A DNA stretch of 64,000 bases from Pecten maximus (taxonomy: Eukaryota). Below are positions 14,265 to 27,410 of the stretch, piece by piece. Numbering within the stretch: position 1 is the first letter of the stretch; each line of letters begins with the position of its first letter. The notes under the pieces are model-generated. The model was not told where the DNA came from. It searched no databases and saw nothing but the letters and a program-made list of their open reading frames with translations. The stretch lies in assembly GCF_902652985.1 (NCBI RefSeq), contig NC_047022.1:22010001-22074000 (forward strand), in the 5' to 3' direction. The translations under genes and the position numbers were made by a program.

Positions 14265-17200
14265 CTAATGGATGCTTGTTGATGTGTGAACTGTATGACC
14301 TAGTGACAAAACCAAATCATCGTTTAGTTACTAATGATAAAGGCCATGATCTTATTTACTTTAACCAATTCAATTAATTATCACTTATATTTGATATTAG
14401 ATTTATGAGATTTTATATCAAATATATTCCAAAGTTTGGAGTTAAGAAAATACATAAATACACACAAAAAGTTTTAAGATATGCCTCTTGATACTTTGGT
14501 TTGTTTGGTTGTTTTTGTTTAACGTCCTATTAACAGCCAGGGTCATTTAAGGACGTGCCAGGTTTTGGAGGTGGAGGAAAGCCGGAGTACCCGGAGAAAA
14601 ACCACCGGCCTACGGTCAGTACCTGGCAACTGCCCCACGTAGGTTTCGAACTCGCAACCCAGTGGTGGAGGGCTAGTGATAAAGTGTCGGTACACCTTAA
14701 CCACTCGGCCACCGCGGCCCCTCCTCTTGATACCGTTTAGTACAAATATACTGCTTATATTTAATATATTTCCACAAATATAACCAACTGATAAAATTTT
14801 CATATCTCTTACCAGATCCACTGACTGTGACGGTCAATGTTTTGGCAGCATCACCAACTGTGAAGGTTTTCGTTTCCAACACATTTCCATTTTGTTTAAT
14901 TGTCACTGAGTAGTCTCCCTTGAAAGCCCGTAGATTGTGATTAGCTAAGGACTGCGACACGTTTGTCCGCCAGGTTTGACGAAGCAGCTGGCTGACCTTT
15001 TCACCAGCCGCGTTCGGCTGAAAAAAAACGTAAAACGTTTTTTCAAGAAACGTTCGGCTCATCAAAATAAGAATAGCAAAGAAAGTAGATATTCTGTCCT
15101 TTTCAATAATAGGGAAAAGAGAAAATATTTTTTTCGGTGATGAAAACAAAAAATATGAAATTTAGAATTTCTTACAAACATGTAGTATTTGTTATAGAAC
15201 AAATTCTTTGTTGAAAACCACAGGTATCTTAACGCATCCCTTAACTTTAAAAGAACCAAATCTGTCCTTATTTCAAAACAATAAGGGTAATGAATGGAAA
15301 GATCAGAAAACGGAATGTTTTACACCATCAAAATCAACACTCACGTGACACTGAGGTCCGAGGGCGAGAGCACATTGTTTACATTGCATGGCCTCTTGAC
15401 AGAACCCCCAGATGATGATGCCCTCGACGGCAGGGATGACTAAAGTACAGAGTGAGAAGGTCCTCGAAGGTCTGGGCCTTTCTGTTAGCATCAGAATCAG
15501 CCACAGAAAGCTCAGTAATCCACAGGGGAAGGTTAGCCTCTGCCGACTTGTCCAGGCGATACTACATAATACATTGAGTTAAGTTTATCTTTATTTGCCG
15601 TTTATGACAGTGATATTCATATTAAAGCGTGGTAAATAGCATGTATACTTTTGAAAATGATTTGAGTACCGAAACATTCTGTAAGTTGGTTCTTACCAAA
15701 CAAAGACAAAATACACCGTCAACACGAATGTACATGTGTCTGTCGCTTTTATCAAAGCCAGATATCAAAGGTATTCTTAACTTACACATTCTCAAATAAA
15801 CTTGGGATGGGTAAATTCACGTGATGTAGAAAAACACAACTTGCAAGCGCTATGACGCCATTCATATTATGGTAGCGCCATCATTTGATGTAGCGTAACT
15901 ATTAGGCAAATTGATAAAATAATTACGTTCGACGCATTTTAATGATGACGCGATAAAAAAAATCACATCAACTTACAATTTGATACTCGTATTAAGGTAT
16001 TAAGAAAAACATATCTTACGTGGGTCTGTACCGTGGACAGTGATATCTTTAACACTCGTGTAAGAGTTTGGCCGGCCAGCACTGAGCAAGCCTCGTGTTG
16101 ACCCAGCCAAACTCTTACACTTGGGTTTAGATATCCCTGCTCATAGAACAGACCAATGCAAAATTCTATTATTCTCTGTAAAGATAAATCTAAATGAAAT
16201 TTAAAAGATAACTTATAGCTATCAACAACTACATGTTGTTAAATTTTACAGATGGTGTGTTATTTAGATATTGTTTCATTATAAACAGGTAGTAATATCA
16301 TACCGACCCCAGAAGTTGCGAGCAGTACATCGGTAAAGAAAATGGCATCCTTACCTTTACAGTAGACATGTCGTCATGGCCGTGATTAAAATGACTTTGT
16401 TCCCCGATGCCATAAATTGGAATCCCAGCATCACGGAATATTCGGCCTTGTTCTTTCAAAGACTTTAGAAAGATTTATATCATATAATTCATTATCAGCG
16501 CATTACTATAATGCCATAACGATTTCATCATAATAACATTACCTGTACGTAAGTTTTCATGATCCTAAAATGATATACATATCGACTGATAATATCAGTA
16601 ACACTGTCACGTAAACCGAAAATTAACCCCATTTAACGACATGAATCACAATTAAAATAAATGATATTAAGTTAATGTGACATCAAATTTATTGTATAAG
16701 CCACAACCAATCAGGTCTTCTCGCTTGAAAATCAGGTAAAAATACGAATTTCCTGATAATACAGCCAAATAATACCGCATAACAAATATGGACAGACATG
16801 ACGCAGTGTGTTTATTTAAACCATATTCATATCACCCGTAAACTGTAACTTACAGTCGTATAACGACCCGAATTGAGAGCGTTGTATTCGTTCAAGAAGA
16901 GTTTAACTCCGGGTTCAGCACTGTGCAGCCACTGAAACATATCCATGGTTATGTTTGGGTGTCCAGTTTTCTTCTCGAAATAATCGCCGTGTAGGTTCTC
17001 ATTGTTGACATCCCAATGGGCAAACCTTTTTCAGAAAAAGTAATTATGCAGTATTACTTTAATCACTTCCAAAAACATAAACATAAAAAAATATATCATA
17101 TAATCGTAACATTTTCAGAATAATTAATATCATGTTATTCTCCAAATATAATGTAGATAATATAAATCAGACTTTAATTTTGAACAAATGTTTGATTATG

Positions 17201-20200
17201 CATAACATGGATGTGCACAATGGCAAAATTTGTTTACTCTACATGAAAGTAATATTTTGACTGTATACAAGAGAATATGATGCTACAAAAAAGATGACAT
17301 TAAACACGTAACTTCGGGAATTTATTATATAATATATTTATATCTCAATCAAACAACTCACTTCCCCCGGGTATGTGAAATCATGTCATTAATGTGAGTA
17401 TGCATAGCTTGTAATACTTGTTGTTCGGACAACTGATCGAGCCAGGCCGGATAATGGCCATGTACACCCCAGTACATGTTGTGTCCCCGCACCGTCATAC
17501 TGTCAAACAATAGCACCATGTCAATGAAATCATTTACAATTCATATCAAGAGCAACATAATATACTTTAGTATTTGTTTTTGTAAAAAAAATACAAGGAT
17601 GGTGATAATGACCATCTTCCAATTTTGGTTTGACACAGTAATTATAACGGCTTTCGAGCCATTTCGACTTTAGCATTGTGGAGATGGACACATTTTTCTC
17701 TTTAACATATCCCGATTATTATTTCCCTTACGATGGTCGTGATCTTAATCATAGTACACAATAAATCAATGGTATATTCCTGTGACAATCAGTGGTTACC
17801 AGACGTATTCAGTAAATATAATTATATTGTTCACTCCGTTTTAACACATCTAAATGAAAACATATTGGTATAAACAATGGTTTAAACAACACAAAATGCT
17901 ATAGACAATGACTTAAACAATAAACAATGGTTTAAATAATAAAAAAAAAAACGTTTTAGACAATTGTTCAGACAATGAATAATTTCATAAACAATGACTA
18001 AAAAATAAACAATGGTTTAAACAATAGAGAGTGGTATAACAATGGTAGAGACAATGGTTTATATTATTTGAAAGCTACAACACAGTAAAGTATGCAATGT
18101 TTAGAGAATATGAATGACTTACCCTTTTGCCAGTAATGCATTTAAAGCTCCCATACCATGGTCAAAGTTGGGATGGCCCTGCAACGAGAGTAAGCTTTCT
18201 TATATCTTAAGAAGAATCTATTTTGAGAGAGCAACATATGTCTTGGAACGTGTATGATAAATTCACTATTCAGGATCATTTTTTTTTTGTGTGTGAATAC
18301 AGAATTTATAATAATGATATATAGATGTTTCATAATCTATAACGTTGGTGTGCATTACTCATTGGAACAGGTAAGTATTTCTATTGATCAAGGTAACGCA
18401 CGGATGCTCATGTAAATAATATATATATATATATATCGGCGATGCTTGTAGGGCAATGAATGAGTGTATCGAAAAAGATAGAGAGTTGTTTACAAACTTT
18501 ACACTAATACCGATTTAGTTTAATTGCCATAGTGGATGGTTTAAAACTGTGTAGTGCAGTTATAGTATGTTTAGAAATTGGAATATATATAATTATTGAA
18601 AGCATTATAAACATATACCTGTGTGTATTCCATTAGTCTCCACTTAAAGGCGTTTGCAACAGTAGCCCATTCAAAATTATCGTACAGGTATTTCTGATAT
18701 CCAGTTGCTGACGGGTTGGTCACAAGGTCAAATCGGACGGCAGTTCCGAACGCAAATGCACTCGACGTTTGATTAAGCTACACACAAAACGTAAAATCAT
18801 GATGCACAACTCATTAAATCTGCATATTTATGTAAAACATCACATAAAAGTCTTAAATGCTCCTATAAGTATTCCATTTTATAATGACGTTATAGTGCTA
18901 GAAACCAAATAAAATTTTATTATAAACCAAAATTACATATTTGCGTTTTATAAGCAGGATGTTTTATTTTCTAGTTTTTCTTCTTTTTCATTATGACAGC
19001 ATAATAAAATGTCCTATTACGATTCATCTTGACCTTTAAGAAGGTATCCTATACTTAACACTGTGGTAAATACAATAGGAATATATACATACCACATTTT
19101 CATATTGAAATGTAGTTTAATCAGAATGTTATAATTACTTTTATACGGAAATAATGATTGTCAAGTGATATTCGATTTAAGTCTAACAATACGTACCTCA
19201 ACTGTTACACCGTGAAGATTAACGTTCCCATGATTAGCTACTCTAATTTGGAACACAAGATAAACTATTATTTATTATATTGAATTAGTTATCAAAGTTA
19301 ATCAATAATATAATTCATATCCTAGATATACACACATTGCCCACTTATATTAATGTTATGAACAAAAAATGTAACTCAACACTAATGATTAATATACAGC
19401 GTATTTTGATATTGGAAATATACTATGGCAATACATAAAAAGTTTTATTCAACATCATGAAATTTAATTTTAAAAGAAATATCAATTGATATCTTTATAA
19501 TATCATTTTGGCATTAGAAAGTTTTCATGGGATAATCTCAATCAACAGAGAGAAAAAACACCGACATGATAACAAAACTATAATTCGAACTCAAAATCGA
19601 CAAAGCTAGAACAAAACAATAAAAATATATAGATTTGCATGGAAATTCTTCAACAAGACCAGGTGTTCCTGAAGAAGAAGATAAAGAATTTCCTATAGAT
19701 GTGAAAAACTATCATGCACAGACAAATGTAAAGAAATAAAGAAATAGAAAGCACGATAGGAAATGAATTAATATTCAATATCCACATAATGAACATCAAG
19801 GTCAATTAATTCCATAATGGGTTCGCGTACATGCACATGAACGCAGCATAGTTCTACCTGAAGGGATTTGGAGAAATCATCTAGAGTATAGAAGCCTAGT
19901 GTATAGGCCCACCAGGTTAAACACGTATTATTGTGAAAATAAACCAAAAAATATAAATTCCACGAATGCCAACTATGCCTTTCCAAAGGAAAGTGCAACG
20001 TCTAAAATTACTAATATTGGCCTTTAGATGAATCGGGGAAGGGGAATGATTGATATATTTAATATCCTGACAGGGAAATAAAAAATGTTATCCCGGGCTG
20101 TCAAATTTTATCGCACCTAAAAGAAGGGGAAAACGCCACTGAAAGGGGACTTGAACCTTAAGTATGTAAACAACAAAAATGAAATGAAAATTTTTTTCTT

Positions 20201-23200
20201 TAGCAAACAGTAGATTTTGTCTTTATCGTATGTGATGATTAAGCCAATGGACACTTAACTACATAATTGTAAGGATTTTTCGAGCTTAACATAAACTGAT
20301 CCAGGCAATATATATGTATTTACTATGAGGAATAGACTTGTTAGTTGTCTTTGTTGTAATTATCAGATACAGACCTGCCCTACAGCCAGACTAAGATAAA
20401 CACATATACAATAGCATAGGTTAATGGTGATAACTCCAACTAAATCATTAATTAAACTTTCGATATATACAATATATTTCAAATATGCCATTTGTACGGT
20501 GGCTGATTTGTGTCATTTCGTTATTTCGTCTTTTCGAAAAGACGAAAATGAAATATCTAAATTCTCGTTCTTTCAAACGAAAAGACGAGAATTAAGGTTT
20601 CTTAAATTTCGTCTTTTCGGGGCGAAAAGACGAAAAGACGAGAATTAAGGTACGTTAAATTTCGTGTTTTCGGGGCGAAAAGACGAGAATTAAGGTTTGT
20701 TAAATTTCGGGGGCGAAAAGACGAAAAGACGAAATTTTTAAACACGAAAAGACGAGAATCAAGGTCGCTAATTAGCGTGTTTTAATTTCGTCTTTTCGCG
20801 TATGACTTGTCGTCTTTTCGAGGCGAAAAGACGAGAATTAAAGTTTGTTAATTCTCGTCTTTTCTGGGCGAAAAGACGAAAGAACGAGAATTTAGATATT
20901 TCATTTTCGTCTTTTCGGGCGAAAAGACGAAATATCGAAATGGCACAAATCAGCCACCGTACATTTGATAAAATTTACGTATATTATGAAAATTCCTACT
21001 TGATATGAACATCATTTTTACGCATTTGCTCTATCCTGTTAAGAGCCTCAGATTTCCAGTTGGTATCTAGTACGAGTTCCTGAAAACTTGCTCCATCAAC
21101 AAGATAGTTCACGCCAGGTTCGTTTATTTGTATATAGACGGTGGCCTTGTCCGAACCTAATACCCAAAACGAAAACAAATCTACACAAGAAAGCAAACAT
21201 AAAAAAGAAGACATAAACATCGCTACTCTCAATGTAATAGTTCTGATTATGTCTCAGATTGTTGAAATATATTTCATGGTAACATTATAAGCATTACACC
21301 TAAGCGCACGTAAAAAGTGTTGAACAAGTGTTGAAATGTTTGTGATACATATTATTGAACATATTGATAACATTTCTGGAGGTATTTATGATATTGTTGC
21401 CATAACAATGTAATTGTACAAATAGTGATCTTAGAAAGATTATTGTCCGGGATCAGACATGCTATTTTACCTGTAAGTTTATACGTAGTAAATGATCATG
21501 TGACACAGTTATTTATTTACCATCAGGTATAACTTTGTCGAATCCTATCTCAACCCACTGTGACGTTTGTTGTACGTATGGACTCTCTCCGCACGTTATA
21601 AATTTACCGTGGCCACCTGCAATGTTAACATGATTTGATTTAAAATAGTTTTCTATACTAAGAGAAACAATTATTATTACCACCTGCTTTTATGAAACAC
21701 TATATGCAAAATTGGATTAATTGATTTTTATGTTTACATTTTAAGTTATTACTAGTCGATTTGTATCAAAATTATGTTTGTTTGTTTGTGTGCTGGGTTT
21801 ATCGTCACGTCTTTTTGGGGTGGGGTCTCCTTGTAGTAGCTGGTGACTACCTAATGGGAGGCCCGTCGCATACCATTCCGAGCAATCTGGGTCAACTCAT
21901 TTCGAGAAATACAAACGACATCGGTAGGGAGCGTCGAAACACGCACCTTTGATCTTCACCTGAGGTTAAATATAGCCTGCGCTGACTGTGTTAACCATCG
22001 GTAATGTGAGTTTGAGTTAACTATCGGTCAGATGAGGTTTAGTTAACAAATTGTCAGATGAGTTTTAGTTAATCATCGGTCAGATGAGTTTTAGTTAATC
22101 ATCGGTCAGGTGAGGTTTATTTAACAATCGGTAAGGTGAGATTTAGCTAACCATCGGTCAGGTGAGGTTTAGTTAACCATCGGTCAGGTGAGCTGTGTTT
22201 ACCATCGGTCAGGTAAGTTTTAGCTAACCGTCGACCAGGTAAGTTTTGTTTACCATCGGTTAGGTGAGTTGTAGTACCCTATCGGTCAGGTGAGTTGTAG
22301 TAACATATCGGTCAGGTGAGTTTTGCTTACCATCGGTCAGGTGAGTTGTAGTAACCTATCGGTCAGGTGAGTTGTAATAACCTATCGGTCAGGTGAGTTT
22401 TAGTAACCTAACGGTCAGGTGAGTTTTAGTAACCTATCGGTCAGGTGAGTTGTAGTAACCTATCGGTCAGGTGAGTTGTAGTAACCTATCGGTCAGGTAA
22501 GTTGTAGTAACCTATCGGTCAGGTGAGTTTTAGTAACATATCGGTCAGGTGAGTTGTAGTAACCTATCGGTCAGGTGAGTTTTAGTAACCTATCGGTCAG
22601 GTGAGTTGTAGTAACCTATCGGTCAGGTGAGTTGTAGTAACCTAACGGTCAGGTGAGTTGTAGTAACCTATCGGTCAGGTGAGTTGTAGTAACCTATCGG
22701 TCAGGTAAGTTGTAGTAACCTATCGGTCAGGTGAGTTGTAGTAACCTAACGGTCAGGTGAGTTGTAGTAACCTATCGGTCAGGTGAGTTGTAGTAACCTA
22801 TCAGTCAGGTAAGTTTTAGTAACCTATCGGTCAGGTAAGTTTTAGTAACCTATCGGTCAGGTGAGTTTTAGTAACCTATCGGTCAGGTGAGTTGTAGTAA
22901 CCTATCGGTCAGGTGAGTTGTAGTAACCTATCGGTCAGGTGAGTTGTAGTAACCTAACGGTTAGGTGAGTTGTAGTAACCTATCGGTCACGTGAGTTTTA
23001 GTAACCTATCGGTTAGGTGAGTTGTAGTAACATATCGGTCAGGTGAGTTTTAGTAACATATCGGTTAGGTGAGTTTTAGTAACATATCGGTCAGGTGAGT
23101 TGTAGTAACCTATCGGTCAGGTGAGTTTTAGTAACATATCGGTCAGGTGAGTTGTAGTAACCAATCGGTCAGGTGAGTTTTAGTAACCTATCGGTCAGGT

Positions 23201-26112
23201 GAGTTGTAGTAACCTATCGGTCAGGTGAGTTGTAGTAACCTATCGGTCAGGTGAGTTTTAGTAACATATCGGCCAGGTGAGTTGTAGTAACCTATCGGTC
23301 AGGTGAGTTTTAGTAACATATCGGTCAGGTGAGTTTTATTTAGTCATTGGTCAATAGAGCAGTTTGATATGCCCACAATTTATCAAGAACATCGCTGTCA
23401 TTTTAGGCTTTTTTTATTGAACTCAAATGGAAACATTTTTCCTTGTTACTCAGTAGCAACATTTTAAAACTTTCTATCGATCACAGTAAGCAATTTTAAG
23501 CTTTCTACCGATCACTGGTTGAAGTTGTGCGGGGTTGTAACTTTTAATACCTTTGGTTTGACATTTATTTATTTTATGACAACATCTCCGGCAAACATAA
23601 TATTGCCCGAGAGCGGCTATTGATATAAAGCTCGTTCTTCAAAAAAGAAACTTACTGGAGTGAAATATATTCTATATTCAACAACCACTCGGTGTGTAAC
23701 CTCTATACCTCGGGGTTATGATGTGATGAGTTATCCCTGACAACTTAAGGTGATGATGTGTGAGTTAATCCTGACAACTGAGGGTGATGTTGTGTGAGTT
23801 AACCCTGACAACTGAGGGTGATGTTGTGAGTTGTCCCTGACAACTAAGGGTGATGACGTGGTGAGTTATCACTGACAACTAAGGGTGATGACGTTGTGAG
23901 TTATCCCTGACAACTAAGGGTGATGATGTGGTGAGTTAACCATGATATCTTATGGTAATGGTATGACGAGGTATATCGGGGTGATGGCTTGACGAGGTAT
24001 ATCGGGGTGATGTTATGACGAGGTATATCGGGGTGATGGTATGACGAGGTATATCGGGGTGATGGTATGACGAGGTATATCGGGGTGATGGTATGACGAG
24101 GTATATATGGGTGATGGTATGACGAGGTATATATGGGTGATGGTATGACGAGGTATATCGGGGTGATGGTATGACGAGGTATATCGGGGTGATGGTATGA
24201 CGAGGTATATCGGGGTGATGGTATGACGAGGTATATATGGGTGATGGTATGATGAGGTATATCGGGGTGATGGTACATGCATGACGAGGTATATTGGGGT
24301 GATGGTATGACGAGGTATATCGGGGTGATGGTATGACGAGGTATATCGGGGTGATGGTATGACGAGGTATATCGGGGTGATGGTATGACGAGGTATATCG
24401 GGGTGATGATATGACGAGGTATATCGGGATGATGATATGACGAGGTATATCGGGGTGATGATATGACGAGGTATATAGGGGTGATGGTATGACGAGGTAT
24501 ATCGGGGTGATGGTATGATGTGGTATATCGGGGTGATGGCTTGACGAGGTATATCGGGGTGATGGTATGACGAGGTATATCGGGGTGATGGTATGACGAG
24601 GTATATCGGGGTGATGGTATGACGAGGTATATCGGGGTGATGGTATGACGAGGTATATCGGGGTGATGGTATGACGAGGTATATCGGGGTGATGGTATGA
24701 CGAGGTATATTGGGGTGATGGTATGACGAGGTATATCGGGGTGATGGTATGACGAGGTATATCGGGGTGATGGCTTGACGAGGTATATCGGGGTGATGGT
24801 ATGACGAGGTATATCGGGGTGATGGTATGACGAGGTATATTGGGGTGATGGTATGACGAGGTATATCGGGGTGATGGTATGACGAGGTATATCGGGGTGA
24901 TGGCATGACGAGGTATATCGGGGTGATGGCATGACGAGGTATATCGGGGTGATGGTATGACGAGGTATATCTGGGTGATGGTATGACGAGGTATATCGGG
25001 GTGATGGTATGACGAGGTATATCGGGGTGATGATATGACGAGGTATATCGGGGTGATGGTATGACGAGGTATATCGGGGTAATGATATGACGAGGTATAT
25101 CGGGGTGATGGTATGACGAGGTATATCGGGGTGATGGTATGACGAGGTATATCGGGGTAATGATATGACGAGGTATATTGGGGTGATGGTATGACGAGGT
25201 ATATCGGGGTGATGGTATGACGAGGTATATCTGGGTGGTGTTATGACGAGGTATATCGGGGTGATGGTATGACGAGGTATATCTGGGTGGTGTTATGACG
25301 AGGTATATCTGGGTGGTGTTATGACGAGGTATATCTGGGTGGTGTTATGACGAGGTATATCTGGGTGGTGTTATGACGAGGTATATCGGGGTGATGGTAT
25401 GACGAGGTATATCGGGGTGATGGTATGACGAGGTATATCGGGGTGATGGTATGACGAGGTATATCGGGGTGATGGTATGACGAGGTATATCGAGGTGATG
25501 GTATGACGAGGTATATCGGGGTGATGATATGACGAGGTATATCGAGGTGATGGTATGACGAGGTATATCGGGGTGATGGTATGACGAGGTATATCGGGGT
25601 GATGATGTGATGAGTTATCGCTGATATCACCGTCTACATACCACTGGAGGAGGTAGCATGGATCATAAGTTCAACATTGTGGTATGGTAGCGTGTGGCTG
25701 AGGAGCTTGATATACGCTTTGAAAACGTAGCGATGATTTCCTTTGACGTTCACTGTCTGAGAAAGACCGGCCCAATTATGTGATCTGTGAAACATGAACA
25801 TTTTTTTCAGAAAAATAACGTCCGAAAAATTAACAAAAAAGCACATATAATAGTGGAAATATGGTACTAGGACAGGATTTCTATATCTGATATAGCAAAG
25901 GAACGGTAACAATGAATTCCGAATGTAGTATACCTTTGAGTTATCTTCGCACTGCTATGGCCATGGTAGCTGTCGGAACTCTTCGACAGATGGCAACCAT
26001 TGCAGAACCAATTGCTTGCACCAAAACTACTTTCAAAATCAGGATTATGTAAGAGCTCCGATGCCGCTTCAGCTCTACCAATTAGTGATACAGCTAAAAG
26101 TAAGGCTAGCAT
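14265..26112 (-). CDS. GH10 xylanase-like glycoside hydrolase, copy B (13 exons, ~569 aa if the 1-nt frameshift in exon 11 is corrected; possible pseudogene or assembly error)
   Basis: Exons (minus): 26112-25934, 25784-25642, 21616-21521, 21156-21000, 19242-19197, 18777-18619, 18178-18123, 17499-17362, 17025-16854, 16462-16355, 15561-15345, 15017-14813, 14299-14265 (last exon less certain). Exons 3-10 match copy A in length (96,157,46,159,56,138,172,108); exon 11 is 217 vs 216 nt. Motifs ELLHNPDFES, RGHNMYW, WDVNNE, GEQSH, LWITEL, RAFKGDY. Confidence 0.9.
14495..14722 (-). mobile_element. tRNA-derived SINE, family 1 (V-SINE-like core), in last intron of GH10-B
   Basis: A box TGGCCGAGTGG, B box GTTCGAAAC, core GGTTTTTCTCCGGGTACTCCGGCTTTCCTCCAC, (AAAC) tail; 11-bp TSD CCTCTTGATAC at 14484-14494 and 14723-14733. 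Confidence 0.88.
16003..16175. repeat. Foldback (long imperfect palindrome) element
   Basis: ggtctgt..gatatc..gtgtaagagtttggc / gccaaactcttacac..gatatc..acagacc arms. Confidence 0.65.
20497..20959. mobile_element. MITE with TA TSD and internal CGAAAAGACG repeats in both orientations
   Basis: TA|CGGTGGCTGATTTGTGTCATTTCG ... CGAAATGGCACAAATCAGCCACCG|TA. Confidence 0.85.
21776..22000 (-). mobile_element. SINE family 2 copy, head merging into a minisatellite
   Basis: Similar to 10770-11100; tttg repeats mark the tail. Confidence 0.55.
21990..23338. repeat. 26-bp minisatellite (TCAGGTGAGTTGTAGTAACCTATCGG)n, about 50 units
   Basis: Direct tandem repetition, degenerate at the left and homogeneous to the right; in intron 2 of GH10-B. 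Confidence 0.95.
23712..23945. repeat. ~34-bp tandem repeat, ~7 units
   Basis: gtgatgatgtgtgagttatccctgacaactaagg variants. Confidence 0.85.
23958..25604. repeat. 26-bp minisatellite (GATGGTATGACGAGGTATATCGGGGT)n, about 63 units
   Basis: Direct tandem repetition; explains the 26-aa-periodic spurious ORFs. Confidence 0.95.
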
Positions 26113-27191
26113 GATGGCCTCGCTAACTCGACCGAAAATGAAGTACTACAAAGATACTGACTTATGTGTGTATTCGAGTCTTATCTACTGACACATAGCT
26201 GACCTGTCCAAGATACGTCTACAGTATTATGTAAACTATGGGGCAGTGAAGTACAAAAATAGAACACGTATTCCTACATTGCACATACAGTATTATTATG
26301 AATCATATTGTTTTCAATGTAACAAATGTAATGCTGAAGTCCCTAAACTCACTCAAAAGTCTTGGAAGGACGAAACAGCTGTGTAATGCAGTTTATATTC
26401 GGAACCTGAGATTATAGGGCCGACAGTATAACGGAATGAGCTTTTGCGGAGTGTATTAGAACACAGAAACAAATCATAAATGTTATACACCATGACCTCT
26501 TCAATAGTTATCAAGCAATGTGAAAAACAATTATAATTGCATTAAAAGGATGTTGTGATTTCGGAAAAAAAGATTGACGACCTACAGTAGAAAATTTACT
26601 CTTTCTACAATAAAATCTCTTCTTGGTTTGACATTTAGTTTTTCTAACAACTGATAAAGGTCTGACTTTAATATGCCTCACGTAAAACTCATATTTGATC
26701 AGTAACTCCAGCGCACAACCAGTAATTTTCAGTAAAAGCAGAACAGATTGCACATATTTTTTGTGCATTTGTTTACAACAGGTAGGGTATCTGTCCTTTT
26801 GTATTCAGTCTCGTTTGTCCTGGGGAGGTCATAGTAAGGCCCACACATCCCCCCCCCCCCCCCCCCCCCCCCCAAAAAAATCCATAAAATCTTCGTAATG
26901 TACACCAAGTTCGCGAACCCTATATACATGTATAATGACTTAAGGCTAGGTCTGCCTCGAGACATGACGATGATAAGACACTACCGAGCCCTATCGGTCT
27001 TGTATAATCTATAAAATATTATATGAGCAGTTTTTCACCTCAAACCGGCATCTTAAAATATTATACCTAGGTTAGCTGATCTTGGGTCCGTCAGGAGACA
27101 TAATTTGTAAGTGAAGTCTGGCAAATAAACACAAACTCAAGAGATATAAAGTTCATGTAGTTTTATTAAGCCGGTATCAATAAACAAACGG

Positions 27192-27410
27192 CTACATGGC
27201 CCTACTCCTATTGAATAGACGACGACATAATAGTCAAGGCAACAAGGTCATACTCCTATTGAATAGACGACATAATACTACCGACTACACGGCCCTACTC
27301 CTATTGAATAGACGACATAATACTACCGACTACACGGCCCTACTCCTATTGAATAGACGACATAATACTACCGACTACACGGCCCTACTCCTATTGAATA
27401 GACGACATAA
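27192..27410. repeat. 45-bp tandem repeat, ~5 units
   Basis: cataatactaccgactacacggccctactcctattgaatagacga repeated. Confidence 0.9.

Noticed and set aside
14640-14722. tRNA gene
   Set aside because: A/B boxes belong to a SINE head followed by core, tail and TSD.
23901-25630. Long His/Pro/Tyr-rich ORFs (343, 297, 103 aa)
   Set aside because: Translations of a 26-bp minisatellite inside a GH10-B intron; all frames give the same periodic peptide.
21990-27410. CRISPR-like appearance of the repeat arrays
   Set aside because: Head-to-tail repeats without unique spacers, no cas genes, eukaryotic intron context.
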